In this document: positions 10,315 through 17,840 of the stretch, in pieces
Layout of the letters: every line of letters starts with the position of its first letter
Position numbering within the stretch: the stretch's first letter is position 1
From: a virus
Taxonomy: Duplodnaviria; Caudoviricetes
IMG/VR virus record: IMGVR_UViG_643348505_000006
Strand: one strand, 5' to 3'
DNA length: 64,000 bases
The notes under the pieces: generated by a model
Told to the model about the DNA's origin: nothing
Database searches by the model: none
The model's input: the letters and a program-made list of their open reading frames with translations, nothing else
Made by a program: the position numbers and the translations under genes

Positions 10315-10767
10315 TCAGTGCAAGCCTTTGGAGTTTCCCAGGCGGGCCTTGTCGTTGGAGACGGCTTCCTCATAGGCACGGTTGAGGCCGACGCGGATGC
10401 GATCAAAGCCGAGCGCCATGTTCAGATTGTCGGCACTGAAAGAGAGCGCCTGGTCGTCAGCATCGAAGACCCCGCGCCAGTTGGTGATCATCAGATGAAA
10501 CATGTTGCGATCATGCGCTTCAATCAGCGCCTTGGTTGCTTCCGCCTTTTCCGAAGCCGCCTGATAATTGGCCGCGAACTCTTCTGCTGTCGGCAGTTGC
10601 TTCAGCAGCTCGGCCCGCTTGTCGTCATGGGGCTTCATCTGTTCCTTGCCCCGGATGACGAATTCGGCCTCGAAGGTGAATTCCTTCAGCTTGCCCGGAT
10701 TGTCATTGTCCGGCTCCAACACGGAAACCGGCCACCAGGCAGTCAGGGTTGGAACGATCTTGAACAT
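10315..10767 (-). CDS. Tail assembly chaperone G
   Basis: Lies between tail tube and tape measure genes and ends with the slippery site. Confidence 0.8.
   Translation of the reverse strand: MFKIVPTLTAWWPVSVLEPDNDNPGKLKEFTFEAEFVIRGKEQMKPHDDKRAELLKQLPTAEEFAANYQAASEKAEATKALIEAHDRNMFHLMITNWRGVFDADDQALSFSADNLNMALGFDRIRVGLNRAYEEAVSNDKARLGNSKGLH
10333..10339 (-). promoter_or_regulatory. -1 programmed frameshift heptamer G GGA AAC
   Basis: Codons CTG GGA AAC near the end of the G gene. The -1 frame reads KLQRLALSWACHRTGKIDRTKPQSMTADV with no stop into ORF 9959-10264. Confidence 0.85.
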
Positions 10768-10799
10768 GCTTCAAAGCCTCTTTGAAACGCCCTTAGGGC

Positions 10800-11726
10800 T
10801 TACTTGACGGTGATGGTGAATTCGTCGTTACCGGCAGTCGGCAGCAACATCAGCGGCATCTTGTTGTTGAGGATCTTCTGGTTTTCCTCGTAGGTCGTGC
10901 GGCCGATCTGGACACGGGCGGCATCGAACTGGACGATGTTGCCGGCGACCGTACCGTGCTGGGCGGCCATGACGCCGGTCTCGTGCGCCTGGGCTTTTGC
11001 AAACCAATCCACCTCTGCCAGCGTTGTGGCCGACATCGTGGCTTCGCCCGTCATCTGCCGATCGGTAAATTCGATGCTCTCGTGGTTGATCAGCAGGCGT
11101 GGCTGGATGTCACCGGCCAGATCGAACGAAAACGCTTCACAGGCCCCTGCATAGCCAAGCAGCGTGAAGGTGGTATTCGCCTTGGAAACCGGGACTGGCT
11201 TGATGAATTTGGTGAGATCAATGGTCGGATTGGCGGCATCGGTGATCGTGCCAAGCAAGCCGGTCAATGTGAAGCTGAAACGAGCAATCTGGTTCGGCTG
11301 CATGGACAGCTTCCAGGTGCCCCGCGCGCCAAGCAATACGTGCTTGATGCCATCATTGACAAAGTAGATCGAGACCGCTTCGAACCCACCCGAAATCGGC
11401 GTGTATTTGACGTCGGTCGCTGCCGTGATCACTTCCGCCATGCCACAGGCACGCAACGGCGGCCCCCAGGCTGGAGCTGTCCCAGCCGCACCGGAACCGG
11501 CGACTTCGACATCAAAGCCGACGCGGGCATAGTTGCCGGTCAGGATCACGCCCTGATGACCCATGTAAGGCAGAATAAGGTCACGGCTGACATCGGTACC
11601 CAACAGCGGCTCGAAATTGAAATTCGAGGCCTGAATAGCATTGGCAGCACCTGTGGGAACGACATCGGTTCCATAGACCGTTTCAGGCTTGACCAGCAGG
11701 GCCTTGTTGCGTGCGTATTTCGTCAT
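10800..11726 (-). CDS. Major tail tube protein
   Basis: ALLVKPETVYGTD..P..WGPPLRACG...HVLLGARG motifs; no sheath gene present. Confidence 0.85.
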   Translation of the reverse strand: MTKYARNKALLVKPETVYGTDVVPTGAANAIQASNFNFEPLLGTDVSRDLILPYMGHQGVILTGNYARVGFDVEVAGSGAAGTAPAWGPPLRACGMAEVITAATDVKYTPISGGFEAVSIYFVNDGIKHVLLGARGTWKLSMQPNQIARFSFTLTGLLGTITDAANPTIDLTKFIKPVPVSKANTTFTLLGYAGACEAFSFDLAGDIQPRLLINHESIEFTDRQMTGEATMSATTLAEVDWFAKAQAHETGVMAAQHGTVAGNIVQFDAARVQIGRTTYEENQKILNNKMPLMLLPTAGNDEFTITVK

Positions 11727-11728
11727 GA

Positions 11729-11899
11729 TCAGGCCTTCCCCTTCTTGGCGCTGGTCTCGTCAACCGCGTCCGGTGTTTCTGTTGTTGGTTCGGTGGCTGG
11801 CGTTTCCACTTCGACAGCGGCAGGCGCATCGGCCTCGATCCGGGTCAGGCTGCCATCCGCGTTGCGGCGGTAGCTGCCGCCCTCGTGTGGGTTGGTCAT
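11729..11899 (-). CDS. Small acidic hypothetical protein (56 aa)
   Basis: MTNPHEGGSYRRNADGSLTRI...; ATGA overlap with the upstream gene and an AGGAGG RBS. Confidence 0.6.
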   Translation of the reverse strand: MTNPHEGGSYRRNADGSLTRIEADAPAAVEVETPATEPTTETPDAVDETSAKKGKA

Positions 11900-12312
11900 G
11901 ACTGTTCCTCCTGGTAAAACGCCGTGCCGAACACGTCTTCGAACCAGACCATGCCGTCCTTGGCCTGCTGCAATTTGCCTGTGATGTGTTCGAGCGGATC
12001 GGCCTCGCTTGGGGTAAAGCCGAGCAGCTTGCCGCGAACCCACGCCTTCAATGTTTCGATGTCGCGGGCGGCATTTTCGGCCCCGGCCGCATTTTCCGTG
12101 ATGATGACAACGGAAATATCCATCGACAGGCGCTGGAGCACCGGTCCCGTGATGCGCTGGTTTTCGCCGGAGGTTTCACCGCTGACGAACACATAGGCCA
12201 CGGGCGTATTCGTTGGTCGGTCTGTGACCTGTGCCAGCTCGTTGGCACCTTCGACCAGGATGAAGGGCGTTCCGGTCTGTTTCAGGCGGTCCATGACTTC
12301 AAAAACGATCAT
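11896..12312 (-). CDS. Tail terminator-like protein
   Basis: Position between head-tail joining and tube genes; PVAYVFV..E..GEN and LLGFTP motifs. Confidence 0.7.
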   Translation of the reverse strand: MIVFEVMDRLKQTGTPFILVEGANELAQVTDRPTNTPVAYVFVSGETSGENQRITGPVLQRLSMDISVVIITENAAGAENAARDIETLKAWVRGKLLGFTPSEADPLEHITGKLQQAKDGMVWFEDVFGTAFYQEEQS

Positions 12313-12884
12313 TCAATTGCCCTTCCAAAGTCAGTCATAATGATGGCGCCGATTTCGTCGCGATCGGCATCGTTGATGCCGAGGTATGGCCGGGCGGGCA
12401 TGGTGATTTCCCGTGCACCGATCGTCGCCTCGCGCTCGATCGCGCCCTTGGTCCCGGCTTTGACGAACCGGACCTTCTTCGATCCGCGTATCCGCTTCAG
12501 GCTGAGTTTCTGGGTGCGTTCGCCCTGTTTGATCACACCGCCGAACTGATGGATGGCGGCATATTCGACATTGGTGCCCACGGTGGCGCTGGTGGCATCG
12601 GCACTGGTGGTCAACGAATTATACAGGCGACCGGTATCGCGCAGGATATGCTCGCTGCCTCGCAACTTGCGTCCGCGACCTGCTCTGGCGCTGGCCGTGC
12701 GTCCCTTGAGCGGCTGCCATTTCTGCCCGTCCGGCCCGATCTCCCGTTCGAACCGCTGCTGGGTCGAGGTCAGCAGATAGCCCGCGACATCGCTCATGAT
12801 CTCGGCCGGGTTTTCCGAGATGGTCACAAGCCGGTTGAGCGTAGGCGTCAGACCATCGCGGATCTCGATCGATGCACCGGACAT
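12309..12884 (-). CDS. Phage virion morphogenesis protein (Mu gpG-like)
   Basis: STQQRFERE.GPDG.KW...LRDTGRLYNSL..VGTNVEYAAIHQFGG...MPARPYLG. Confidence 0.9.
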   Translation of the reverse strand: MSGASIEIRDGLTPTLNRLVTISENPAEIMSDVAGYLLTSTQQRFEREIGPDGQKWQPLKGRTASARAGRGRKLRGSEHILRDTGRLYNSLTTSADATSATVGTNVEYAAIHQFGGVIKQGERTQKLSLKRIRGSKKVRFVKAGTKGAIEREATIGAREITMPARPYLGINDADRDEIGAIIMTDFGRAIE

Positions 12885-12885
12885 G

Positions 12886-13323
12886 TCAGTAGCCTCTCAG
12901 CGACTGGCGCGAAAACACCTTGGCCGGCGCGACCACCTGGACCTGACCGCCGCCCGGCGCTGGCGGCACTTCGCCCGTGTCGGTTTCGATCAGTTGAACG
13001 ACACCCTTGGAGACATCGCGGAAATATGAGAGCGCCTGGTCGTAGGCCCGCTGGATCGGGCTGTCCTTCTCGACGCCCTTGAAATGCAGATAGTAGCGGG
13101 CGACATCGCAAGTCACCTTGGTCAGCACCTCGGGGACGGTCACCAGCGGCAACTTGTAGGCTTTGCCGATATAACCGTCCGCAAATGCCGTGGCATCCGC
13201 AATGGCGCGGGCGACCACGGTGTCGTCGATTGCCAAAGCAGGCGGCGTGGTGCGGTCGGTCAGTTGGAGCAGCTCCCGTTCACCAAACCGCTCAATCAGG
13301 TCCTGCTTTGTGCAATAGGTCAT
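12886..13323 (-). CDS. Mu gp36-like head-tail adaptor (DUF1320)
   Basis: MTYCTKQDLIERFGERELLQLTD...DVARYYLH. Confidence 0.9.
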   Translation of the reverse strand: MTYCTKQDLIERFGERELLQLTDRTTPPALAIDDTVVARAIADATAFADGYIGKAYKLPLVTVPEVLTKVTCDVARYYLHFKGVEKDSPIQRAYDQALSYFRDVSKGVVQLIETDTGEVPPAPGGGQVQVVAPAKVFSRQSLRGY

Positions 13324-13334
13324 GGCAATGCCCC

Positions 13335-13676
13335 TCAGGCTTGCGAGGTCTGGGTGTCGACATCAGCTTCCGGTTCGGCAGGCTTTTCCACCAGCTCGGC
13401 CGTCAAGGCAGGCTCGGCCAGGATCTGCTCGATCTTTTCCGGATGGAGATCTTTCAGGTCATAAAGAGTGGGTTCAGTCGTGTGGGTAAGGCCTCCACGG
13501 CGGAAACCTGCGACGGTGGAAATAACCCGCAGCACGGGTTCAACGGCCTTGTCCCAGGCACGCACCAGGGCATGGGTCAGCGGATAGAGCTTCTTGAACT
13601 CTTCCTCGGCCATATCCTTAAACTCATCCAGCCAGCTTTGCTCGGTGCTGGCAGTATCGTCTTTCTTCGAAGCCAT
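13335..13676 (-). CDS. Mu gp35/HI1506-like head accessory protein
   Basis: GFRRGG motif and ILAEP.L; follows the major capsid gene. Confidence 0.65.
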   Translation of the reverse strand: MASKKDDTASTEQSWLDEFKDMAEEEFKKLYPLTHALVRAWDKAVEPVLRVISTVAGFRRGGLTHTTEPTLYDLKDLHPEKIEQILAEPALTAELVEKPAEPEADVDTQTSQA

Positions 13677-13690
13677 GATGTGGTCCTTTT

Positions 13691-13754
13691 CGGTTCCTGG
13701 TGAAAAAGCCGAAACCCGGCTCTTGCATCAGGAACCGCCAGCCGAAGCTGACGG
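13691..13754 (-). promoter_or_regulatory. Structured intergenic element downstream of gpT (nested terminator-like hairpin, overlapping alternative stems)
   Basis: CGGTTCCTG/CAGGAACCG stem encloses AGCCG-N5-CGGCTTTTT; an upstream UUCG hairpin shares the CGG. Confidence 0.55.
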
Positions 13755-13783
13755 TCTCTTGCCCTGGGAGGCGATCGTTAGGA

Positions 13784-14680
13784 TCAGGCGAGATAGGGGC
13801 AGACCAGTACCTCGGCCGTGCCGTACCACTGGTTGGTGCCGCCATTGTCGGTGAGCTGGTTGCCGACGATCTTACGGGCCGCCCCTTCCAGAGACGGCGG
13901 CACGATGAGCAGACGCGGATTGATGGCCAGCGGTTTGCCATAGTCAGCCTTCAGGCTGCCGAGACCGACGCGCGCCACTTCGTAGTTCGCAGCGTTAAGG
14001 GTCTGCTTCGAACCCCAGGCCTGTTGCCAGAAGCCGAAACCAACCTGGCAGCGGCCATCCAGGCCGTAGACGTATTCCTTCTTGAAGAAGACGTTGTCGT
14101 CACTCTCCTGGTCCTTGCGGATCAGATTACTGAAGGGCTTGCGCTGCTGGTAAATCAACGGCTTTAAGGCACGGCTATTGTCGACCAGGAACCAGGCAGT
14201 ACCCGTTCCGCCATCCGTGTTGGCGACAGAGGTCACGTTGCCAGCAGCATCGAGGACAGGATGGTCCGTGTCGAAGAAATACTGGCCATCGTAGCATTTG
14301 GTGGCAAAGCCGTTCTTGACAAGACCCCACACCAGTTCGTCAGGGAACATCGTGGCATTCTGGCCAAGCTGTTTGAACATCGGCCCGTAGATGCCGAGAT
14401 TGTCGTCTTCGAAGTCATCGCGATCGACACCGATCGTCGTCTCGTAGGACTTATTGGTCAGCGCATAACCATGACGGGCCAGACCATTGACGACCCGGTC
14501 GCCGATCCATTCGCGCATGCCTGGAAACTGACCGAGCCAGCCGTATTCCTGGGTCTTGGTGGTCGATGGTACCAAGGTCGCGACCTGAGACCATTGCGGC
14601 GTTGACATCGCGAGGCCCGCTTGAAAGGCGGTATTAAAGCCGACGAAAGCCGACTGGAGAGATTGACGAGTGATCAGCAT
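13784..14680 (-). CDS. Mu-like major capsid protein gpT
   Basis: YGWLGQFPGMREWIGDR...FEDDNLGIY...CYDGQYFFDTDHP...KPLIYQQRK. Confidence 0.95.
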   Translation of the reverse strand: MLITRQSLQSAFVGFNTAFQAGLAMSTPQWSQVATLVPSTTKTQEYGWLGQFPGMREWIGDRVVNGLARHGYALTNKSYETTIGVDRDDFEDDNLGIYGPMFKQLGQNATMFPDELVWGLVKNGFATKCYDGQYFFDTDHPVLDAAGNVTSVANTDGGTGTAWFLVDNSRALKPLIYQQRKPFSNLIRKDQESDDNVFFKKEYVYGLDGRCQVGFGFWQQAWGSKQTLNAANYEVARVGLGSLKADYGKPLAINPRLLIVPPSLEGAARKIVGNQLTDNGGTNQWYGTAEVLVCPYLA

Positions 14681-14692
14681 GGACGGGCCTCT

Positions 14693-15100
14693 TTAAGAGA
14701 ACTTGACCCACACGCCCTGGTCATCGACATCGAAGATCGTGCCGGCAACAGGACGCGCGGAGGAATTGGAGGTTTTGGCGACCGTCTGATCGTCGGCCGC
14801 ATAGCAGCTCGATCCGATGTCGGCCAAGGTGATGGCGTCCGTCGATGCCGAATTGGCAAACCGGAAGATGCCAGTCTTGACGTCGGCGCGGACACTGCCG
14901 TCAGCGCCAGCATTAACGATCTGGCGCTCGTTGCGCCCAACAACCTTCAGGGTCGCCGTCGCACCGGCCGGGACCAGCATGCCGGTCGCATCGATCGCCA
15001 CCATGGCACCGGCAAAGAGGGTAGCCGATGCCTTAACCGGGAAATTGCGGTTATCGCCGCTCCGCTGGGCGGTGTTGCGGTCTGCGGTCAGAGCCGTCAT
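14693..15100 (-). CDS. Capsid decoration/cement-like protein
   Basis: MTALTADRNT...DDQTVAKT...VDDQGVWV; lies between gpI and gpT. Confidence 0.65.
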   Translation of the reverse strand: MTALTADRNTAQRSGDNRNFPVKASATLFAGAMVAIDATGMLVPAGATATLKVVGRNERQIVNAGADGSVRADVKTGIFRFANSASTDAITLADIGSSCYAADDQTVAKTSNSSARPVAGTIFDVDDQGVWVKFS

Positions 15101-15630
15101 GCGTCACCGCCTTTCTTGGCCTTGAGGAAGGCTTCCTTGCTGAGACCCATCTGGCTCATGACCGCCAGATCCTCCGTTGTCAGATCCGCGTCAGTGCCAT
15201 TGCCGGGCGGCGTAACCCCGGCACGCTGGGTTGCCGTCAGAACCGGAGATGCATCAGCAAAAGCCTTGAAGGCTGCGGCATCTTTCTTGTGCAGGTCAAG
15301 GCCCCAGGACTTCAGTGCCGGCGCAAGCCTGCCTTCGGTGATCGCCCGGTTAACGGCCGTCTCAGCCTCCTCGCCTTCCATTTTGGTTTGAAGGGCCTTC
15401 AAACCGGTCTGGAGCGCTGTGACCTGCTCGATTGGCACGAACTTCGTGGGATCAACATCGGCGCGCGCGGAGTTAATCGCAGTGACGATCTCGGCGGGTT
15501 TGGCGGTGGCCGACAGACCAGCCGCAGCGGCAATCGCCGCATTGCCGGTCAGCACACTGTTGATCGCGATGAGAATAGCATTCTCATCCGCGTCCTCGGA
15601 AAGCCCCAAGGCGGCGGCAATTCTCTTCAT
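15097..15630 (-). CDS. Nested in-frame scaffold protein (Mu gpZ-like)
   Basis: In-frame ATG (MKRIAAALGL) preceded by AGGA RBS inside gpI, the same arrangement as Mu I/Z. Confidence 0.65.
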   Translation of the reverse strand: MKRIAAALGLSEDADENAILIAINSVLTGNAAIAAAAGLSATAKPAEIVTAINSARADVDPTKFVPIEQVTALQTGLKALQTKMEGEEAETAVNRAITEGRLAPALKSWGLDLHKKDAAAFKAFADASPVLTATQRAGVTPPGNGTDADLTTEDLAVMSQMGLSKEAFLKAKKGGDA

Positions 15631-16179
15631 ATCGTTTTCCTGGTTGGGTTGAGCGCAATTTTGCTGAGCACTGGCGGCCACGGCCGCAAGTTCGAGATTG
15701 GGCACATTGGTCAATCCGGCCGAAATCAGCCGCAGCACCTGGCCGGCCTTATCGTGCTGGTAGACGGGGGAAATGTAGCGATACTCGCCAGCCCGGATGG
15801 CCTGGGCTGCCTTGTCCGTCCATTCGACGAGACCATAGAGGCCGTCGGGACGGGCGTCGAGCTGCTTGATCCAGCCGGCAGCCGGAGCCTGGCCACCCAC
15901 ACCGGGCACGGCCGAGAACTGCGTCTGATGATCGTAATCGACCACGAGGTCGGTGCTGCCGGCGCGCTGCTCGGTGGAAGCAATCACGGCCCGCATGCCT
16001 TCAAGACCATTGGTCGAATAGGGACCACGACCGTCGCGGCCGGAAAACGATCCGATCGGGAGCAACATGATCCAGTGTCCGGAAGAGCCTTCGGCAGGCA
16101 AAGCGGCATCCGCCCCACCCAGCATCACAGCATGGGCGGCAACAAGGCCGGAAAAGAGGTTTTGGGTGCGTTTCGTCAT
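15097..16179 (-). CDS. Mu gpI-like prohead protease
   Basis: VVDYDHQT, APAAGWI, VEWTDKA..I..GEYRYISPV, AGLTNVPNL. Confidence 0.93.
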   Translation of the reverse strand: MTKRTQNLFSGLVAAHAVMLGGADAALPAEGSSGHWIMLLPIGSFSGRDGRGPYSTNGLEGMRAVIASTEQRAGSTDLVVDYDHQTQFSAVPGVGGQAPAAGWIKQLDARPDGLYGLVEWTDKAAQAIRAGEYRYISPVYQHDKAGQVLRLISAGLTNVPNLELAAVAASAQQNCAQPNQENDMKRIAAALGLSEDADENAILIAINSVLTGNAAIAAAAGLSATAKPAEIVTAINSARADVDPTKFVPIEQVTALQTGLKALQTKMEGEEAETAVNRAITEGRLAPALKSWGLDLHKKDAAAFKAFADASPVLTATQRAGVTPPGNGTDADLTTEDLAVMSQMGLSKEAFLKAKKGGDA

Positions 16180-16208
16180 GGGGCGAGATTGCCCCGGCCC
16201 GATAAAGT

Positions 16209-16233
16209 AAAACAGCCGGTAGGGTTACCGGGT
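16209..16233 (-). promoter_or_regulatory. Late-promoter activator box upstream of gpI
   Basis: AAAACAGCCGGTAGGGTTACCGGGT; -10-like CAATCT at 16191-16186. Confidence 0.75.
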
Positions 16234-16442
16234 GAGTTGCTTGCCGTGACGATGCGGCCAACCAACTCATATCACGACGGGGGAGAGAGGCAAGGCTTCG
16301 AATTTGAAGCCGATTTGAAGCCCTTGGGCGCGTTTGAGGGCTTTGTCCTGCGTCACTGGCCGTTCAACCGTCTTGTGCGCGTCTGTGGCGCTTAAATTCG
16401 TCCTCCTTGAAATCCTTCTACACCGGGAGTATCTTTGGCTGT

Positions 16443-16537
16443 GGCCATCATGACAACCGGGAAATCGCACGTCCGGTTTGGTGCCCTGCTGAGGCAGGCT
16501 ACTGTTACGGGGAGAGTGGCGTACCCCCTTGATGGCC
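16443..16537 (-). ncRNA. Candidate structured RNA (four-way junction) immediately after the gpF stop codon
   Basis: 8-bp closing stem GGCCATCA/TGATGGCC enclosing three hairpins (GGGG/CCCC, CCTGC/GCAGG, AACCGG/CCGGTT). Expression is unknown. Confidence 0.45.
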
Positions 16538-16544
16538 GCATCAC

Positions 16545-17840
16545 CTAAATCGTCCCACTGATAAGCTCGTAAGTCTTCTCGTCTGTCAGGACGCGGGCTT
16601 CAACCAGCCCCGCAGTTCGGATCGAATTGGTGACGATCGTCTGGGCTTTTCCCCCTGGTGGCCGGGCCTTATCTGCGAAATCGACCTTCACAACGATCTT
16701 GGCCAGACGCGGGTCTTGGCCGCTGTCGAACACATAGAGAAGCGCACCGTCGCGCTTATCCCGCAGGACCGCCCTCGGCCGGCTGAGATTGGCCGGCAGT
16801 TGCCGAAGCGCCGCCATATCGACGGTCTTTCCCACTCCGGCCTTGGCATCGCGGATCATATGCAGAGCAGCTTGCTGGGTCAGGGTGATCGCGCCTGACT
16901 GCGGCGCAATCCCGCCCTGGGCAAGAGATGCCAGGACATCCTCGGACAAAGCGCCAACCACGATGATGGACCGGTCCACGCGCCCGCCCGCTGTGGCCGC
17001 ATCAAACCACCTCGCAAAGTCATCGCCGAGCGGCTTGACCAGCCAGTCCGGATCTTTGTTGACCTGGGCGGCCATGATCGGCGGTGCATTGATCAGCTTT
17101 TCCGCCGCATCGAAGGCCCGAAAGCCAGCCTTGCCGGGATTGTGGTCCCAACCGGGATCGATGCCGCGCGGGATCATCCGGACTTCGCCAGTGCGCTTGT
17201 TGGTGAAGGCAACGAAGTCATCTTCGGGCGGCGTGAACTTCAACTCACCCCGCATCCGCTCGACATCCCGATCCGACAGGCTTTGCAGCGTGCAGCGGCA
17301 ATTCCAGCCACAAGGCGGTGCCCATGTGTCCCAATAGGGATGATCGACGGGCAGGCAAAGATTGTGGCGCTTGCGGTGTTCCGGCCGGGTGTGGTCGTCC
17401 AGAATACAGACATAGCGCAGCCAAGGCCGGCGCGCCTTGTTGCGCTCAAAGGCCGCCCAATGACCCGCCGCATAAGAGACGCGAAGGTTCACGTCGAAGA
17501 TCAATTGCAGGCGACGGGTCGAGCCGAGCTGCGCTTTGCGAAGCTCCCCTGTCACTGGATCGGTCACGTCCTGGACGCCCCACCAGCCCTTAGCCTGGAG
17601 AACCGGCGTCACCTGGCTGGCGAAATCCCGAAACGTCTTGCCCTCTTCAAGGCTGGTTTGAAGCCCGTCGAAAAGGTCTGTGAGGATATCGAAACCGGCC
17701 GACTTGGCGACCGTGAACTGTTTGGCATGCTCCTCGGCATAAACGTCCTGCCAGGAAAAGGACGGCGCGAGCTGTTCGCCGCGCGCCTTCAGAGCCTTGA
17801 TGGCATCGTCCGGCTTCAGCGCTGCGATCGTCGCCGTCAT
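16545..17840 (-). CDS. Mu gpF-like minor head protein with C-terminal PBECR-like (RelE/colicin-type) nuclease extension
   Basis: RLQLIFDVNLRVSYAAG..RYVCILDDHTRPEH..WDTWAPPCGWNCRC; about 130 extra aa containing ALHMIRD..LPANLSRP.AVL..LLYV..IVVKV..NSIRTAG. Confidence 0.85.
   Translation of the reverse strand: MTATIAALKPDDAIKALKARGEQLAPSFSWQDVYAEEHAKQFTVAKSAGFDILTDLFDGLQTSLEEGKTFRDFASQVTPVLQAKGWWGVQDVTDPVTGELRKAQLGSTRRLQLIFDVNLRVSYAAGHWAAFERNKARRPWLRYVCILDDHTRPEHRKRHNLCLPVDHPYWDTWAPPCGWNCRCTLQSLSDRDVERMRGELKFTPPEDDFVAFTNKRTGEVRMIPRGIDPGWDHNPGKAGFRAFDAAEKLINAPPIMAAQVNKDPDWLVKPLGDDFARWFDAATAGGRVDRSIIVVGALSEDVLASLAQGGIAPQSGAITLTQQAALHMIRDAKAGVGKTVDMAALRQLPANLSRPRAVLRDKRDGALLYVFDSGQDPRLAKIVVKVDFADKARPPGGKAQTIVTNSIRTAGLVEARVLTDEKTYELISGTI

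Noticed and set aside
16180-16195. GGGCGAGATTGCCC as a second site for the prophage 1 ParB palindrome
   Set aside because: One nt shorter with mismatches, and it overlaps the predicted -10 of the gpI promoter; too weak.
15289-16395. Long plus-strand ORFs (368 aa here; also 3522-4598, 10956-11873, 29108-30097, 30147-31127, 41279-42583, 42883-43887)
   Set aside because: Antisense shadows of well-supported minus-strand phage genes in GC-rich DNA; no motifs or RBS.
16267-16470. 67-aa ORF as the immunity protein for the gpF nuclease
   Set aside because: GTG start inside the structured element, no RBS, and Arg/Ser-rich non-protein-like composition.
16443-16537. Possible tRNA gene
   Set aside because: Cloverleaf-like topology but no GTTC T-loop, no D-loop GG and no 7-nt anticodon loop. 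Kept only as a candidate ncRNA.
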